Below are positions 41,821 to 56,029 of a stretch of 64,000 nucleotides of DNA, in pieces. The position numbers were made by a program, and so were the translations under genes. The notes beneath the pieces were generated by a model. The model was not told the DNA's origin. It saw nothing but the letters and a program-made list of their open reading frames with translations, and did no database searches. Source of the DNA: Octopus vulgaris (Eukaryota). Within the stretch, counting starts at the first letter, position 1; each line of letters starts with the position of its first letter. The stretch is from positions 372,001-436,000 of the forward strand of contig OX597836.1 of NCBI GenBank assembly GCA_951406725.2. Direction: 5' to 3'.

Positions 41821-43040
41821 CTTTCCTTGTGATTGGCAAGAGGATCCTTTGATATTTCATTGTAACATGTGTATCTGTTGTTTTTTGCTCCTTCATTTAC
41901 ATCATCAGGTAGATGCTCTATGACTGATTTCATCTCGTTCATTTCCTATTGAGTTCTTGGTTTCTGATGAATTCATTTCAGTCTCTGCATCTAACTTATG
42001 AGGACTGTGGGATTATGTTACTCTTGAAAAAGTTCAAAATGCTTTTCATTTCTTTCTGTTTAGAGTTATGGTCAGGTTCATCTACCAAACTTCTCTTTAA
42101 TGTCATTTGCTCAGTTCTAAAATAAAAATACAATATTGTGTCAGGCATTGAAACATTAATAGCAAAATGTGTGCCACAGATCAATGGTCTAATTTTAAGC
42201 AGTTGCCAAATTTTTGATACCTTTGTTACATGTTAGGTTTGTTTGCATCAAGTTAATCATGATGGCCTCATTCTGTTCTCACAAAATAATTAGCCAACAC
42301 ATGACCCAAAATAACAAGATAAAGGCCATTAGCTCCTAAAACATGTTTTCTATTCTTTTGTTTTTGTAGAACTTAGTAATTTCACATTTGCAAGCAAATG
42401 TGAAATAAATTATTCGTAATTGTATGTTATTTGTTAAAAATGAAAAAAAAAAAAATGAGAAAGAAATAGACTCAACTAAACTTTACATAGTTTTAGAAGT
42501 GACATTTCATTCTGGCCCATAATGAGGGTGATTTCTGCATATTTCAAGGTGATTGCTGTACATTTTGGCAACATTCCACATTTATTTAGTACACCACGAC
42601 ACTGTCATATATTCTTTAATTATATACATTGTTCTATTCTGAGTTATCACTGCATAAAAATAAGGTATCAATAATGGCCACCACTTCACAATGTGAAACT
42701 GAAGAATAATATATTTATCTTAAAACCTTAGTTTCAACAGCATTCTGAATTTGAACAGATAAAAAATTATCAACAATCTCAAAATAGTTATGACAACATA
42801 AACTGGGACATTCAATGTTCAATGATGTTTGGGCTGTGATATTAGAATCACTTGAAGTTTAATATCTCTTGCTAAAATCACATGCTGACTTGGTGACCGT
42901 TGGGAAATTCATGGCAATTGATAATGTTTGTCTATAGATACCAAATAACTATTGTTTCTGTAGTAAATAAGTTTCTATCGTTTCTGATGAAGGCCTTGAG
43001 AAAAACAGTAGCATTTCTATTTTTGGTACTCATGTACTGT

Positions 43041-43555
43041 AGGCACAGGAGTGGTTGTGTGGTTAAGATATTTGCTTCCCAACACATGGTTTCAGATTCA
43101 ACCCCACTGTGGGACCTTGGGCAAGTGCCTTCTTCTATAGCCCTGGGTTAACCAAAGCCTTATGAAAAAGGTTGATAGATGGTAACTGAAAAAAGTCCAT
43201 TGTATATGCATGCATGCATGTATGTATGTATGTATGTATGTATGTATGTATGTGCACATGTGTGTATGTATGTGTGTGTGTGCGTGCATGTGTGCATATG
43301 TGTATATGTATGTAAGCATGTGTGTGCCTTTGTCTTGACACCATCTGATTGTTGTAAATGAATGTCATTCATTTCCAATATTCTGCAAAGAAATGCTGAC
43401 CTTGGGGAAATATTACCTTGCTTAGAAATAATGTTGGCAGCTGGTAGGGTACCTGGCCGTAGAAATCTGCCTCAACAAACTTTGTCTGACCCATGCAAGT
43501 ATAGAAAAGTGGACGTTAAAATGATAATGGTGATGATGATGATGAGGATGATGTG
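43041..43555 (+). mobile_element. SINE with family-B head and a (GAT)n-ending tail
   Basis: aggcacaggagtggttgtgtggttaag...ccttgggcaagtg head; tail acccatgcaagtatagaaaagtggacgttaaaatgat... Confidence 0.75.
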
Positions 43556-43624
43556 ATTTTAATATCACTGCTGAAACATCCTTGCTGCACTGCCTGTTTG
43601 TTTGGGAAACAAGATGTCTCCAAT

Positions 43625-43745
43625 TTATCAAGAGTTCATCTCATGATTCTAACATCACAGCTCATACACACTGCATCCTTATCAAGAGTTCATCTCACCA
43701 TTCTAACATCACAGCTCATATAAACTTCATACACACTGCATCCTT
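43625..43745. repeat. Local ~54-nt tandem duplication
   Basis: ttatcaagagttcatctca...ctaacatcacagctcata...cacactgcatcctt occurs twice. Confidence 0.85.
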
Positions 43746-44241
43746 GTGTTTGTCATCATAAACAGTTTTGGATGTTGTTTACAGTTTACTTACGAGTCTC
43801 AGATTACAGCTTCTACAGATTGAAATACTAAAGAAATTTATTGTTTACTAAATCTTTTACTACTTCCAGTTCTTAATATGACAACATTCCAAAGAAACTG
43901 CAAGACATAAAGCAATTTTAGATGTCAAAGGCTCTGATTTGCACTTATAATGTCTAACAGTATTTTGCTTTGAAAATCTTAGCAGTTAGCTTCAGTCATA
44001 GAAAATCTTATTATTACCAAAAGTGATTGTTTGTATACAAATGCATTATCCAGTTTTTTTCTCTTTCTATTTGAAGTAATTTTTGAAACTGATTATGTTT
44101 CAACATTTCTAAATTCCTACGGTTTTTTACTCCATGATTGCACAATTGCTAAAACTCATAGTGTTTATGTTTTAACTCATCCATGGTTTCTCTGTTTTAT
44201 TTTGTGCAATTACTAAAATGATATTCCTTTGCGTTTTTCAG

Positions 44242-44423
44242 CAATTCCAGTTGCGCAGGCGAAAGAAAATAAAAACGTTGCCTTCGTCATAACTTCCCAT
44301 GGTGGTCATATTGGATTTATGGAAGGCATCTTTCCACGCCATGCAAACTACATGGACCGCCTTTTCGTCCAGTTTGCTGATGCTGTCTTTAAACATGCAC
44401 ACACGGAATTAAAAACTGATTAA
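44242..44423 (+). CDS. ABHD3: ABHD3-like last coding exon with catalytic His (IPVAQAKENKNVAFVITSHGGHIGFMEGIFPRHANYMDRLFVQFADAVFKHAHTELKTD*)
   Basis: tttttcag acceptor; GGHIGF motif; TAA stop at 44421-44423. Confidence 0.96.
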
Positions 44424-46099
44424 GGAGATTCTAATGAACATTTCTCCCACTCACACACACTTTTACATCCATAAACATTATACAACTTGAATTTAATGGA
44501 ACAAAAATTATTTCATTTTCCAAATAATTTTCTTTTCATGAGTTAATATAATTTTTCTCAATTTGAGTGGGGAGCTTATTTAAAAAGTAATAGTTTTAAT
44601 TTTAGACTTGAAGGTTTTAAGTGAAATTATAATTAATGTGATTTAATTAACCGATCAACATTTTCTGTATAAGTTTATATTCTTTTACAGCTATATTTGT
44701 AACTTAATTAAATTATTAGTAACTTTAGTGATATAAACTAGCTAAGCTCTCCAGTCAATGTGTGTATGTGTGTGTGGGACTAATAGCTAAACGTAGGGGA
44801 TTCCAGAGTATGGTAGGGTCCCATTCTTGTTTGTCTGTTTACTTAATTTTAGTGGAACTAATATAAAAGATATTTATATTTTTGAGAGACAATATGTCCA
44901 GTCTCTTTAGCAGACGTTGTTGTTGTTAACTATTAATATAGATTTATTAATTTACAAATTTACATTGATTAATGTGTAAATAATTACAGTGGAGTTGTAA
45001 TTGTTATAGCAACGACAACGACAGTAATAGCAATAACAATACATACATTAATTATTTGGTTATAATGAATTTGTGTGATTTTGTTCAGTTATCATTTTAT
45101 TCATTATGTTTGTCATTCATCAGATGGGACATCACCAACCCATTGCCAGAATTAGCTGTGATAAATATTTGTTGTGGTTTTCAGCTTCTACATGCTTGCT
45201 CTGACTGCTAGAAATAGCAGCTAAAATCTCCTTCAAATCACACCCAAATGTCTTTAAAATAATAGAAATGACATGGGTAGTGTAGTCATAGATTATTTAA
45301 AGACAGGATAGTCATGGCTGGAAGGCCTTTGGTCATAGGTCTGCTCAATCAGGGTAGACTTTGGAGCTAAACAACTGCAACAACAACAAAAGCTTCTCGT
45401 GATTTCTTTGAGATTTATCCGTGAGAAAAGACATATTTTTGTCACTGATAAGATGGTCTCTGCAGAAAGGATCTCTGCTACTGAATTGTACACATTCCAA
45501 CAAACTCTTTCCTGTCAGTGGAACTGGTTGTGTGTGTTTGTGTGTGTGTGAGAGGGGGTGGGTGGGTGAAAAGAGAAACTTGTTTTAATGCAGTCATCGT
45601 TTAAGGAATATTTTATACATAATGTATCTAATGTATATAGAAGACAATATTTATTTTCATCAAATGCTAAATTTGTTTTCCCATTACTACTAAGGCATTA
45701 ATCTCGCTGGTCAGAGATGGCTTGTGAAGGCCAAAGATATTGTGGACAGGTTGATATCTGCATGACTTGTCAGCCAGAACAAGAGTTCTTTAGTCCAACA
45801 TAAATGTCAACCAGTCAATAATGAAATTGAAGAGGTACCTGTATTATCAGCTCAGCTAATTGGGGCACATGACATAATGCAAAACCTTAAACAAAGTACT
45901 TTATTTGGTTAATTCAGAGAAAGGTAAAATAAGGGGTTGTTGGTGTGTTGCAGTGCAAAAAGGAGAATCAAGACATGCTGTGTGTTACAACATCACCCCA
46001 ATGACTCTGCTAAGGGATGAGGGTTCAAGGCAAGAATTAAAAGTGGTTGTAATCTTTGGGGGATAAATAGTATTCACTGAAAATTTGAGGTACTTAATG

Positions 46100-46560
46100 G
46101 TTATCTGTAGTATCTGATAGAGGGGTCAGTTTGACAATAGTGATGATGAACTGTAGTTGTAGATATTAGGACACTATGGTAGTCTGTATTGGTAGGGGCC
46201 AGTTTAAGAATATAGTAGTAGTAGTTTGTATTAACAGGGCCCAGTTTGGAGTGACTAGTGACAATATGTATTGTCAGGAACAATATTTGTGGTCTCTATT
46301 AGCAGGGGTCACTTTAAGAACAGCAATGAGGGTTTGTATAGGTAAGGATCAGTTTCTCATAACTTGTAGGGATGTGTTTTGTCAGTGGTCAGTTTGAAGT
46401 GTCTAACAGTGATCTGTATTGTTTGGCAAAGGTCATTTTAAAGATGCTGGAGGTTATCTATATTAGCAGGGATCAATTTGACCATTGTTGGTGGTTTATT
46501 TAGGCAAGGGTCATTTAAAGGGCCCCAAATGGGTTTACTTTGGTAAGAATTAGTTCAATA
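46100..46560. repeat. Degenerate ~40-nt minisatellite
   Basis: Recurring tgtatt(g/a)gcaggg..cagttt(aag) units. Confidence 0.6.
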
Positions 46561-48787
46561 AAATATTTTGGCCAGTATCTAGACTGTAATGATTATCCTC
46601 CAATCACAGAAATTAACTTTTCAATAATTAACATAATAGTGGGTGCAAGCACAGTTTGTTATATGACAAATAGAAACCTGGTGTTATTGGTCTTTCTTCC
46701 GATGCCAAACAAGAGAAACAAAAGTTAGACATTTTAGATATTTGTTTTCATGACACAGACAAGCTAATTTTTGTATCCTTACTGGATTTTTTGTAGACAA
46801 CCCTGTCACTTTCCCAGAATTTGTGAAATTGTATTTGGGTTGGTGAAGAATCTAGTTTAAAATAACTATTTGTTGCCTGTGTGGTTCCTATTAAATACTA
46901 TGTGTAGTTGGTTATAAGTCAACTATTCAAAACCTATTTACAAACATCTAAATTTACAAGACTAAAAAGAATACACTAATATTTAAAAGTTATTTTTTAT
47001 AAAAACACTAAATCCTGTCTTCTTAGCTTATTTAAATTTTGTATGATTCTGGGAACACAAGGGTTGGGTTTTAGAATTCTTTTATGGTTTGTTTTTTGAT
47101 TCCAGAATTCCTTGTAAGTTCTCTCAGTCTAGTGCGAGAATGTTGAAGAAACTTTAGAAATCTAGAAGAATATTAACGAATAAAATTTCTGTCTCATGGA
47201 GAAACTGAATCACTGCTGAACATTTGGTTCTATGATAACTGAGCTAATCAGATGATTGTTGGGTAGAATTGGACTCTGTGTTGGAATATTGGGAGCTTGA
47301 TTAAAATTTAATGAAAGTTGGTTAAGTGAAATGCTGCAGAGATTAGTGTTGTCATTAGGGCTTAAAACTCTTTGTAGATTGTCCTTAATTTTAAAGTTAA
47401 TTAATTGATAAATAGAAAGTTGCTCTATTAAGATGAGGACTTACGCATTTCATAGAGTTCTGATCACAGTTTATTTTTGTTTAAATAGATTAATGCACAG
47501 ATATTTCAGATGTACAGATGTGTGTATGTGTGTGTGTGTGTAAAAGAAGAGAGGGAGAGAGTGGGGGCTATTACTTGACCTTACACATAAACATATGTCA
47601 TAGCTTGTACCTTGTTTTACAACACACAACTGCAAGGAATGACGTGTCACAACCTCACACCCTATTTGAAAACACCCATACCTTGCCCTTTTTTTTACTC
47701 AGACACACATATCATACCTTACATATTTCACACAGTTAAACACATACTTCATCATACTACAAGCATGCACACCCACATGCACATGCACACACTCACATCC
47801 ACATGCGTGCCCCCCCCCCCACCCGATGCAAACATTCTCTCTCTCTCTCTCAACAATAATGACTTTTTAAACGCTCAATTTCTTTCTAATATTTGCTGGA
47901 TATATCCATAAAGATCTATTAATTTAGTTCAAATTAACTAATTTTCCTAATTTTTTTTTATTCATTTTCTCTTTATAAACATGAGTTTGATGGATCTTCA
48001 AATTCAATAATTTTCCCTGTATTTTAGTCATAGATATTTTGTTCTTTCCCTTCATAAAGTTACTCACTTCACTGTAAAGTGGAATTGTTAATCTGTTAAC
48101 TGGAGCAAGTTATTTACTTTGCTTACAGCTACGTTATTGCCTAAGGTAGAATTGGAACTCATGACCTTTGTATTCGGTAGTCCAGTACTTTAAGCACTCA
48201 ACCACCCAGCCTCTTGGATTTCAGTCTTATTACATTTAATTCTCACTTGAAAAGTGCATCAGAGTGTTTATATAAAGCAAAACATTTTATTCTTTCCTAC
48301 CCCTTTTTCCTGTCTCATGTAGGACCGATCTTGGAATGAAAATCTGCTTCCTTTTATTCAGCAGCTTTTAATAAAACCTGCTCCTCTCAACAGAGCAGCC
48401 AACAGTAACATTTATTCCTACTCAAGGGTTAGTCATATTTGCTCACCTTCCATGTAGCATCTTAGAATGATGTATTTATGTAACAGTGTAGAATGGTAAC
48501 TCCTCTTTCTCATGTAGCATCATAGAATGATGATTCCTTATATCTCTTGCAGTCTTTTAGAATGATAAAATCTCTGTTCTTCATACTGACACCATCCTAT
48601 CTCCCTTTTATAACATATTTTATTATCTCCTAATTTAGTATTGGATCTTTACTCAAATTGAAGATATTTTTGTTTTCATGAACAGACTATATATGTCTCT
48701 ATGCATAGAACATGGAACAGTTAAACAGTCCTGTTTATTCAGTTTATTTGTCCATATTTACTTGATATGTTGTGACTTGGTCTAATT

Positions 48788-48837
<50 letters not shown>

Positions 48838-49283
48838 GTTGACTTCTTAAGTGCTTATTAAATATAATTATTCCTATGTTACTACTTCCTCACAAATGTA
48901 TAATTATTATTATTATTATTAGCAGAAATTATACTGAAATCCCAACACTCAGAGTATCAACTGGTAACGTTTTGCATGTAGGTGCATTCAAGCCCCCTCT
49001 CTCTCTCTCTCTCACACACACACACGCACTTGTCTATATTAGCTGGGTTATGCCATTGAGGGGATCTCTATATGGTAGCTCTGTTTGCTAGATACAGCAG
49101 CTAAATCTGTCCCAAATTGCAATCATTACCATCTTCGAACAGGAAAGGACAGAATAGAGAATGTGTATATATATATATAAGTATGTATATATATATATTT
49201 ATATATATATATATATATATAATTATGTTTATATATTTGTTGTGCAAGATTTTTTATGTGAAGTCGTGTGTTGAAACAGACAA

Positions 49284-49740
49284 TGTTGTATTTCGGAATG
49301 GTCATTTTGCCAGTTTAGCCAATATTTTGTTCATGTAAACATGAACAAAATAAAATTAAAAAAAAAAAGAATAAACAAAATCAAAAACAAAAGCAAATTA
49401 CATGAACGTATATAAACAGAAGATACAAATATTACAGGCATCCCCCCCCCCCACACACTAAATAAACATAGACGCACATAGAGACATAAGCATGCGCAAA
49501 TGAAGACATACAATAGAAATACAAAATGGCTGACGGTTAGTAAGGAGAGACACACAAATAAGAAAGAAGAAAACAAAGGACCACTGATGCGGTCACAGGA
49601 GTGTGACGAAAGAACTCTGGCCGAAATAAGATTAAGATTAATGTAAAAAATAAATAACACTGAAGCAAAATAACACCAAATATATAGTGTGTGTGTTTTT
49701 ATTGGCTAAACTGGCAAAATGACCATTCCGAAATATAACA
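49284..49740. mobile_element. Element bounded by ~41-bp inverted repeats and flanked by (TA)n; Penelope-like remnant candidate
   Basis: tgttgtatttcggaatggtcattttgccagtttagccaata vs tattggctaaactggcaaaatgaccattccgaaatataaca (1 mismatch); internal hammerhead-like motif. Confidence 0.6.
49578..49622 (+). ncRNA. Candidate minimal type I hammerhead ribozyme with variant core
   Basis: GGACCA-CTGATGCG-GTCACA(GGAG)TGTGAC-GAAA-GAACTC-TGGCC. Confidence 0.5.
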
Positions 49741-49745
49741 ATATA

Positions 49746-49835
<90 letters not shown>

Positions 49836-50364
49836 TGCAAATGTGTGTGTGTGTATATGTGTATATGTATTTCTGAAAGCAGGGTGTGAGTGTATATATA
49901 GATATGTGCTAAATTGGCGACCCATTCAATTTCTTCCTTGTATCATTTGCTCTCCCCCTCCCCAACTTCTCTCCTACTCATAGCCCTCCCTCTTAATACC
50001 TTTCCTTTCTTACTAGCCAGAACCCCATTCCCACACTGGACCACCGAATTACCTCTCCTCGTCCACAGGTCCTGACTTTCTCTCCTCATCTCCTGTCGCC
50101 CACCTCTGTATCCTCATTTCTATCTTGCTCCCTTTTTCCAATCCTCTCCCTCCCCAAATCATGGATTAGGGCCTATCCCCACCACCATTTCCTACACTTC
50201 ATCCCATCATCCCTACTCAATCCTTACAGACATTACCTGCCTCCCCCACTCCATGCACTCTTACAAAACCCCTTCCACCCCTCCACACTCCTCACTCTCC
50301 ATTCAATTCCAATCTCATCATATCTTCAGGTGCCACATACATCAACACTTCTCAACTCCACTTC

Positions 50365-50400
<36 letters not shown>

Positions 50401-50834
50401 AACGAGAGGGGCTATGTAACTCCTTCACAGCAACAATTTGCTCTGCCCTATCTCCTCTTGTACCCTAATCTCCTCACCTGCTTGTGTAAAACCCCTCCCT
50501 TGCGATTTCGTAGCCTTGTTGCATCCTACATGTGGATCTCATTAGTGGTGGTGGGTGAAGAGGAAACCAACCTCCTCCTCCTCCTAGAGTTAAGTGGTTG
50601 GCATCAGGAAGAGCATCTGGCCGTAGGAACCATGCTAAGGATGGCACTGGTGCATGATGCGCTCCTGGGACCCACTGAGTCCAATCTTGCTCTGCGTGGA
50701 AAACGGATGTTAAATGATGATGATAAATAGAAGTATATATATATATATATATATATACATATGTAAACACATATATGTATGTGTGTGTATATATAGTATA
50801 TACATGTACATACATACAAATATGTGTGTGCATG

Positions 50835-50873
<39 letters not shown>

Positions 50874-51624
50874 TTATCCTTTTATGTTAGTTAATTCCTG
50901 GACTACTGTATTAATTATTCTAATTTGTTTAGTCACCAACTTTGATAATTTCTTTGTTTATTTGGCAAGTGAAGGTTACACATGCATGACCATCACTATG
51001 GAAATGTTTTCCATCTAACAACCAAGGCTGTCATAGAAGAAATAAAGATTCTGTGAGTGCATGGGTGGTTACACTGCAGTTTTTTTGTAACTCTTGGGTG
51101 ACAAATGGGGAGTCGTGACTTATTTAGTATCTGTTTCCCCAGAATCCCACCCTGTTCTGTGGTCCCAAAAGGAAAGGCAGTTGCCTATACTTCTGGTATC
51201 AATTTAACCTAGGGTACTTATGAAGGGGAAAAATGGAATAGTAACATCTTGTGTTTTTAATAGGATTTCTGCCTTTAACCAAATATTACCATTCTGTATG
51301 TAGCTGGTTTATATTTCATTTAATTTTTAAAAAGATATTTGTTAAAATGTAATTTCCATTTTGTTTTTTGATATTTCTTATATTTTTCTATCTGAGTGTG
51401 TGTGAAAATGTATGTGTACCAAGAAGGAAAATATTACTGGCTGTTCAATGTGTATAGTAAGTAAATCTCTTTAGTAGATAAATACATGTACAGATAGTAA
51501 GTTAATATAAGACAGGATAACGATAATTAGAAAAGTGGCTATATACAAAAATTAATGCAAACAAAACACCAGAAATTTCAAAAGTGGGTTGGTTTTTAAA
51601 CCTTGATTTCATTATCAATATCCA

Positions 51625-51842
51625 TTCTACAGGTTTACCTCTATACTATGTTTATATCTTTCTACTATAATAGGTTTTGCTCTTTAATACAGCTCTACCT
51701 TTGTACTATAGTTATAGTTCTATACTTCAGGTTATAATTCTATACTATAAGTCTACCTCTCTACAATAAGCCGGCCTCTATACTACAAGTATACTACAGA
51801 TCCACCTCTGTACTATAAGCCTATCTATGTGCTATACTAAAG
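51625..51842. repeat. Degenerate ~19-nt minisatellite (tctacctctatactataag-like)
   Basis: Recurring ctctatacta(t/c)a(a/g)g units. Confidence 0.7.
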
Positions 51843-52477
51843 GTCTCCCAAGCCAGCTCTCCAAATCAGTTCAGCAACAACCTAAACCTGATCAAAACAT
51901 GTTTTAGCAAGATCTCCATATCTTGATCAAAGCATAAATTCATAGATCTTCATTGTTTCATGATGTTAAATTATGTCTTTGATTTCATTCCTTAGACTAG
52001 AATTTTTATTTAAATCGTAACAAACCCTATCTTGTTTCATCATTTCACATGTTTTCATTATTTCTTTGATTTTTAAAGCATAACATTTTTCCCTTTTGAT
52101 AAAGGTTTTGATTAGATTTTTAATTTTATTCTGTAGCCAAAGTTGTTTTAAGCATAACACACAAACACTTGCATGAAGGTAGGAAAGAATAAACTGAATA
52201 TTATACAAGTGGGGCCCATGGAAAAATCCACATTTTATTATAATATTTTTTTATTTCTTGATTTGATGTGTAAATTTACAAATCTTCAAAACAGTCTTTA
52301 ATTTTGTTCTGTAGTTAAGGTTGTTTAAAGTATAACACTTGAACACACAAACATCATATCAAGCAGAATATTATTATAGATAAAGGTGGTGGTGGTGGTG
52401 ATGATGATACTAACTATTATTAATAATAATATAATTAGAAAGAATTATTAGTGTTGTTGTTGTTGTTGTTATTATTA

Positions 52478-53365
52478 AAGTGATGAGGTAGCAGAGCTGT
52501 TAGCAGCATCTCTTCCAGCTTCACGTTCTGAGTTCAAATGCTGTCAAGGTTGACTTTGCTTGTCATCCTTTTGAAATTAATGAAATAATTAGCAGTTGAG
52601 CAGTGGGGCCAATGTAATTGATGAGCCCCCTCCTCTATAATTTCAGGCCTTGTGCCTAGAGTAGAAATTATTATTATTGGCAGAATTGTTAGCAACTGGA
52701 CAAGAAGCTTAGTGGTATTCCATCTGTCTTTGTGTTTTGATCTCAAATTCTGCTGAGGCTGGCTTGGCCTTTCATTTTTTTGGGGGTCAATAAAATAAGG
52801 ACCAGTTGAGTGCTGCAGTTGATATAATCAACTTATCCCCTCCTCCCACAAATTTCAGGCCTTGTGCCTATAGTAGAAAGCATTATTATTATTTTTAATA
52901 TCATAATTATTAAGGTGGTGAACTGGCAGAATCGTTAGCACACTGGGCAAATGCTTGCTGGCATTTCGTCTGTCCTTACATTCTGAGTTCAAATTCTGCC
53001 AAGGTTGACTTTGCCTTTCCTCCTTTTAGGGTCAATGAAATAAGTACCAGTTATGCTTTGGGGTCGATGTAATTGATTTATTCTCTCCCCCAAAATTTCA
53101 GGCCTTGTGTCTATAGTAGAAAGGATTATTATTATTATTATCATCATCATCAAGGTAGTGAACTATCAGAGTTGTTAGCCAGGCAAAATGCTCACGGGTA
53201 TTTTGTCTGTCTTTACATTCTGAGTTCAAGTTCCACCAAGATTGACTTTGCCTTTACTCCTTTCAGGGTCAATAAAATAAGTACCAGTTATACACTGAGG
53301 TTGATCTAAATGATTTACTCCATTACCTGAAATTGCTGGCCTTGTGCCAAAATTTGAAATTATTA
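52478..53365 (+). mobile_element. Head-to-tail array of four SINE family A copies separated by (ATT)n
   Basis: Units start ~52478, 52678, 52912, 53152; each ends ggccttgtg(c/t)c...gaaa followed by attatt. Confidence 0.85.
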
Positions 53366-53466
53366 TTATTTTCTTTCAATTTTGTTTCCATTTCTTGCCA
53401 AGTGTCTTCCTGACATCTAGGGCAAAGAAACTCACTGTATACATTGGTAGACCATTATTATTATTA

Positions 53467-53522
<56 letters not shown>

Positions 53523-56029
53523 TCAATGGCTCCAGATATTATGTGATTAACATTGCCATAAATACAATGTCTGAAATGAGGTTTTAATTTAAACAATAAT
53601 GCTGTTTTTTAAATTGCATCTGGTAAAATTTTATATATTTTATTTATTTATCTTCTTTTTTTTTCATTTTCAAATAAAATGTACCCACTCTAACCATACA
53701 TATCAACTTTTGCTACTGAAATAATTTTGTAATAAACTTTTTAAAAATCCAAAATTAACAGAAAAAAAGAAAAAATTTCAATGCACAATGATTATTATGT
53801 TTTTGGTTATTTAAATGACATATCAATATTTGTTTAATATGTATGAAATTGCAGTCTTAACAAAAATAAAGTTGCTTGTGATATTAAGGACTTAATATAC
53901 TAATTGAGACCATTTTGATAATTAATGTCAGCCTAGACTAGTGAGAGCAATATTTGCTTTGGACTCTGTAATCATCTCATTGTTATTATCAGTGGATTGG
54001 CAGAACTATTCAGGGTGTTGGACAAACTACCTTGTTGGATTTATGGCAGTATTTTGCATTTTGAGTTCAAATATCACCTACATCAACTTTGCCTTTCTTT
54101 CTTCCGGGGTAGATAAACTAAAGAACCACTCAAGCACTGAGTTCAATCTAGTCAACCAGCCCCACTCACCTTCACCTCCCCTTTGTGTCTAAATTGGAAA
54201 TAGAATCATAGACTGAAACTATTGGTAGAATGAAGGAGAAAATGTTTGGCAGTCGTTAGTTGTGGGGCTGACGGTCCACTGAACCATGAAATGCTCCTGC
54301 ATTCCACCACCACTTTTGCCATTTTCCAACTTCCCAACAACTCAGCCTCAGTCTTCTATCTGTATGGCAAGCAATCTGGGATTGTTCTTCCATCACACTC
54401 AACACCTGATAGAGAACCACCGCCCCTGCTGCCCCCTCTCAAATACGATCTCCCACTTTCTTATAGGAAAGAAAGTTTTTTCCTTCTTTTCTTCCCCACT
54501 TTTTCTCTCCTTCCTTTTCTTGCTTTGTAAGTCACTAAGCAACATTTGCTAGTGTCAGCGACATGAAAAAAGCACCCAGTATACTTTGCAAAGTGGTTGG
54601 CGTTAGAAAGGGCCTCCCTCAATAGAAACCATACCGAAACTGACATTTGGACTTATTGTAGCCTTATGCTTTCTCAGATCCTATTAAATCACCGGCTCAT
54701 GGATATATTTATTTCACCTGTTGGCATCCATCACCATTACACTCACACACTGACAATAAATACAGGCATCACTGATGAAGACAGCTCCATCACGACCCAG
54801 GATTACCTCCCACTCTTCAGCATAACCAACTGGAAACTAACTTTTCTACACAAATATTTTTTCCGTTTTTTTAAATGGGAAGCTTTGTTGCCCGAAATGA
54901 AACAGGATGGACTCCATATGAAGTTCCTTTTAGCTGTGAATCTCTCTATATTTGTATTACTCTTCAGGCTATTATTCTAAAACACATTCTTATTCAATTG
55001 GTGCTGTCTTACTTTTGATCCTTTCAGAGTCGATCAAAATATCATCCGTCAATCACTGAATTCGATATCTTGGATTGTGCTCTTTTGCTCTTGTAAATTG
55101 GATAACTAATTATATTCAAGTACGATCACTCTGGGTTGCTTAACTTCGAGTGGAGGGAATGAAGAGGTGAAGGAAGTTATCTCCCTTGTCATAAGAATAT
55201 TAAAAAAAAGTCTGCTTTCTGATCTGAAGAAAATGACGTAACCTAAGAATTCGCTTTATTCTTTTATCCTTTTTTAATTGTTTCAGTCATTAGATAACGG
55301 CCATACTGGAGCACCACATTGAAGATATTTTAGTCGATTGAATCGATCCCAGTACTTTTTTTCTTATTTCTAAGCCTGGTACGTAAACACACCAAGCCTA
55401 GTTGTCAAGCGGTGGTTTCACTCACACACACACACTCATACACATCTATATATGTCGGGCTTCTTTCACTTTGTGTCTACCGAATCCAAACACAAAGAAA
55501 AGAAGGTACTTGCCTAAGTGGGACTGAACCCGCAACCATGTGACTGCTATGAAGGAAGCTTCTTACCACACCTTTAGATGAAACATTTTTTTCGAAGATT
55601 GTTTTCTTTGAAAGATCCTACACGCTGTAAATCTTTTTTATTATCGAACTTGGACACAATGCAGCAATGGATTGGTAACTGGTAACTCAAGCTGCATGTT
55701 GACAAGTGCACCACGATACATTTTGTGAAGTAAAAGCTGGAATTTTACCTTTTCCTTCCACTACACCATAAAAAGGCTGCTGGTGAGCATCACTTTGGTA
55801 TTATTGTTAGCAATGATCTGCTTTGAATGAGCCGTATTTCTTAAATCGTCAAAACCGCTGAAGGTGTCTTAACATCACCCAGTAACACCTTTGTCAGCCA
55901 CTCACCAACTATCTCTAGAAAACTATACATAGCTATAAAGCATCAACCCTTAATTTTGTATCTCCTGTCTGGGACACCCATCTTGTCCAACCTTATCTGC
56001 TGGAGGTTGTCCAGAGACGTACAATAAAC

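Noticed and set aside
53660-53880. Cluster of AATAAA hexamers as the ABHD3 poly(A) site
   Set aside because: AATAAA is frequent in this AT-rich DNA and cannot be assigned without 3'-end data.
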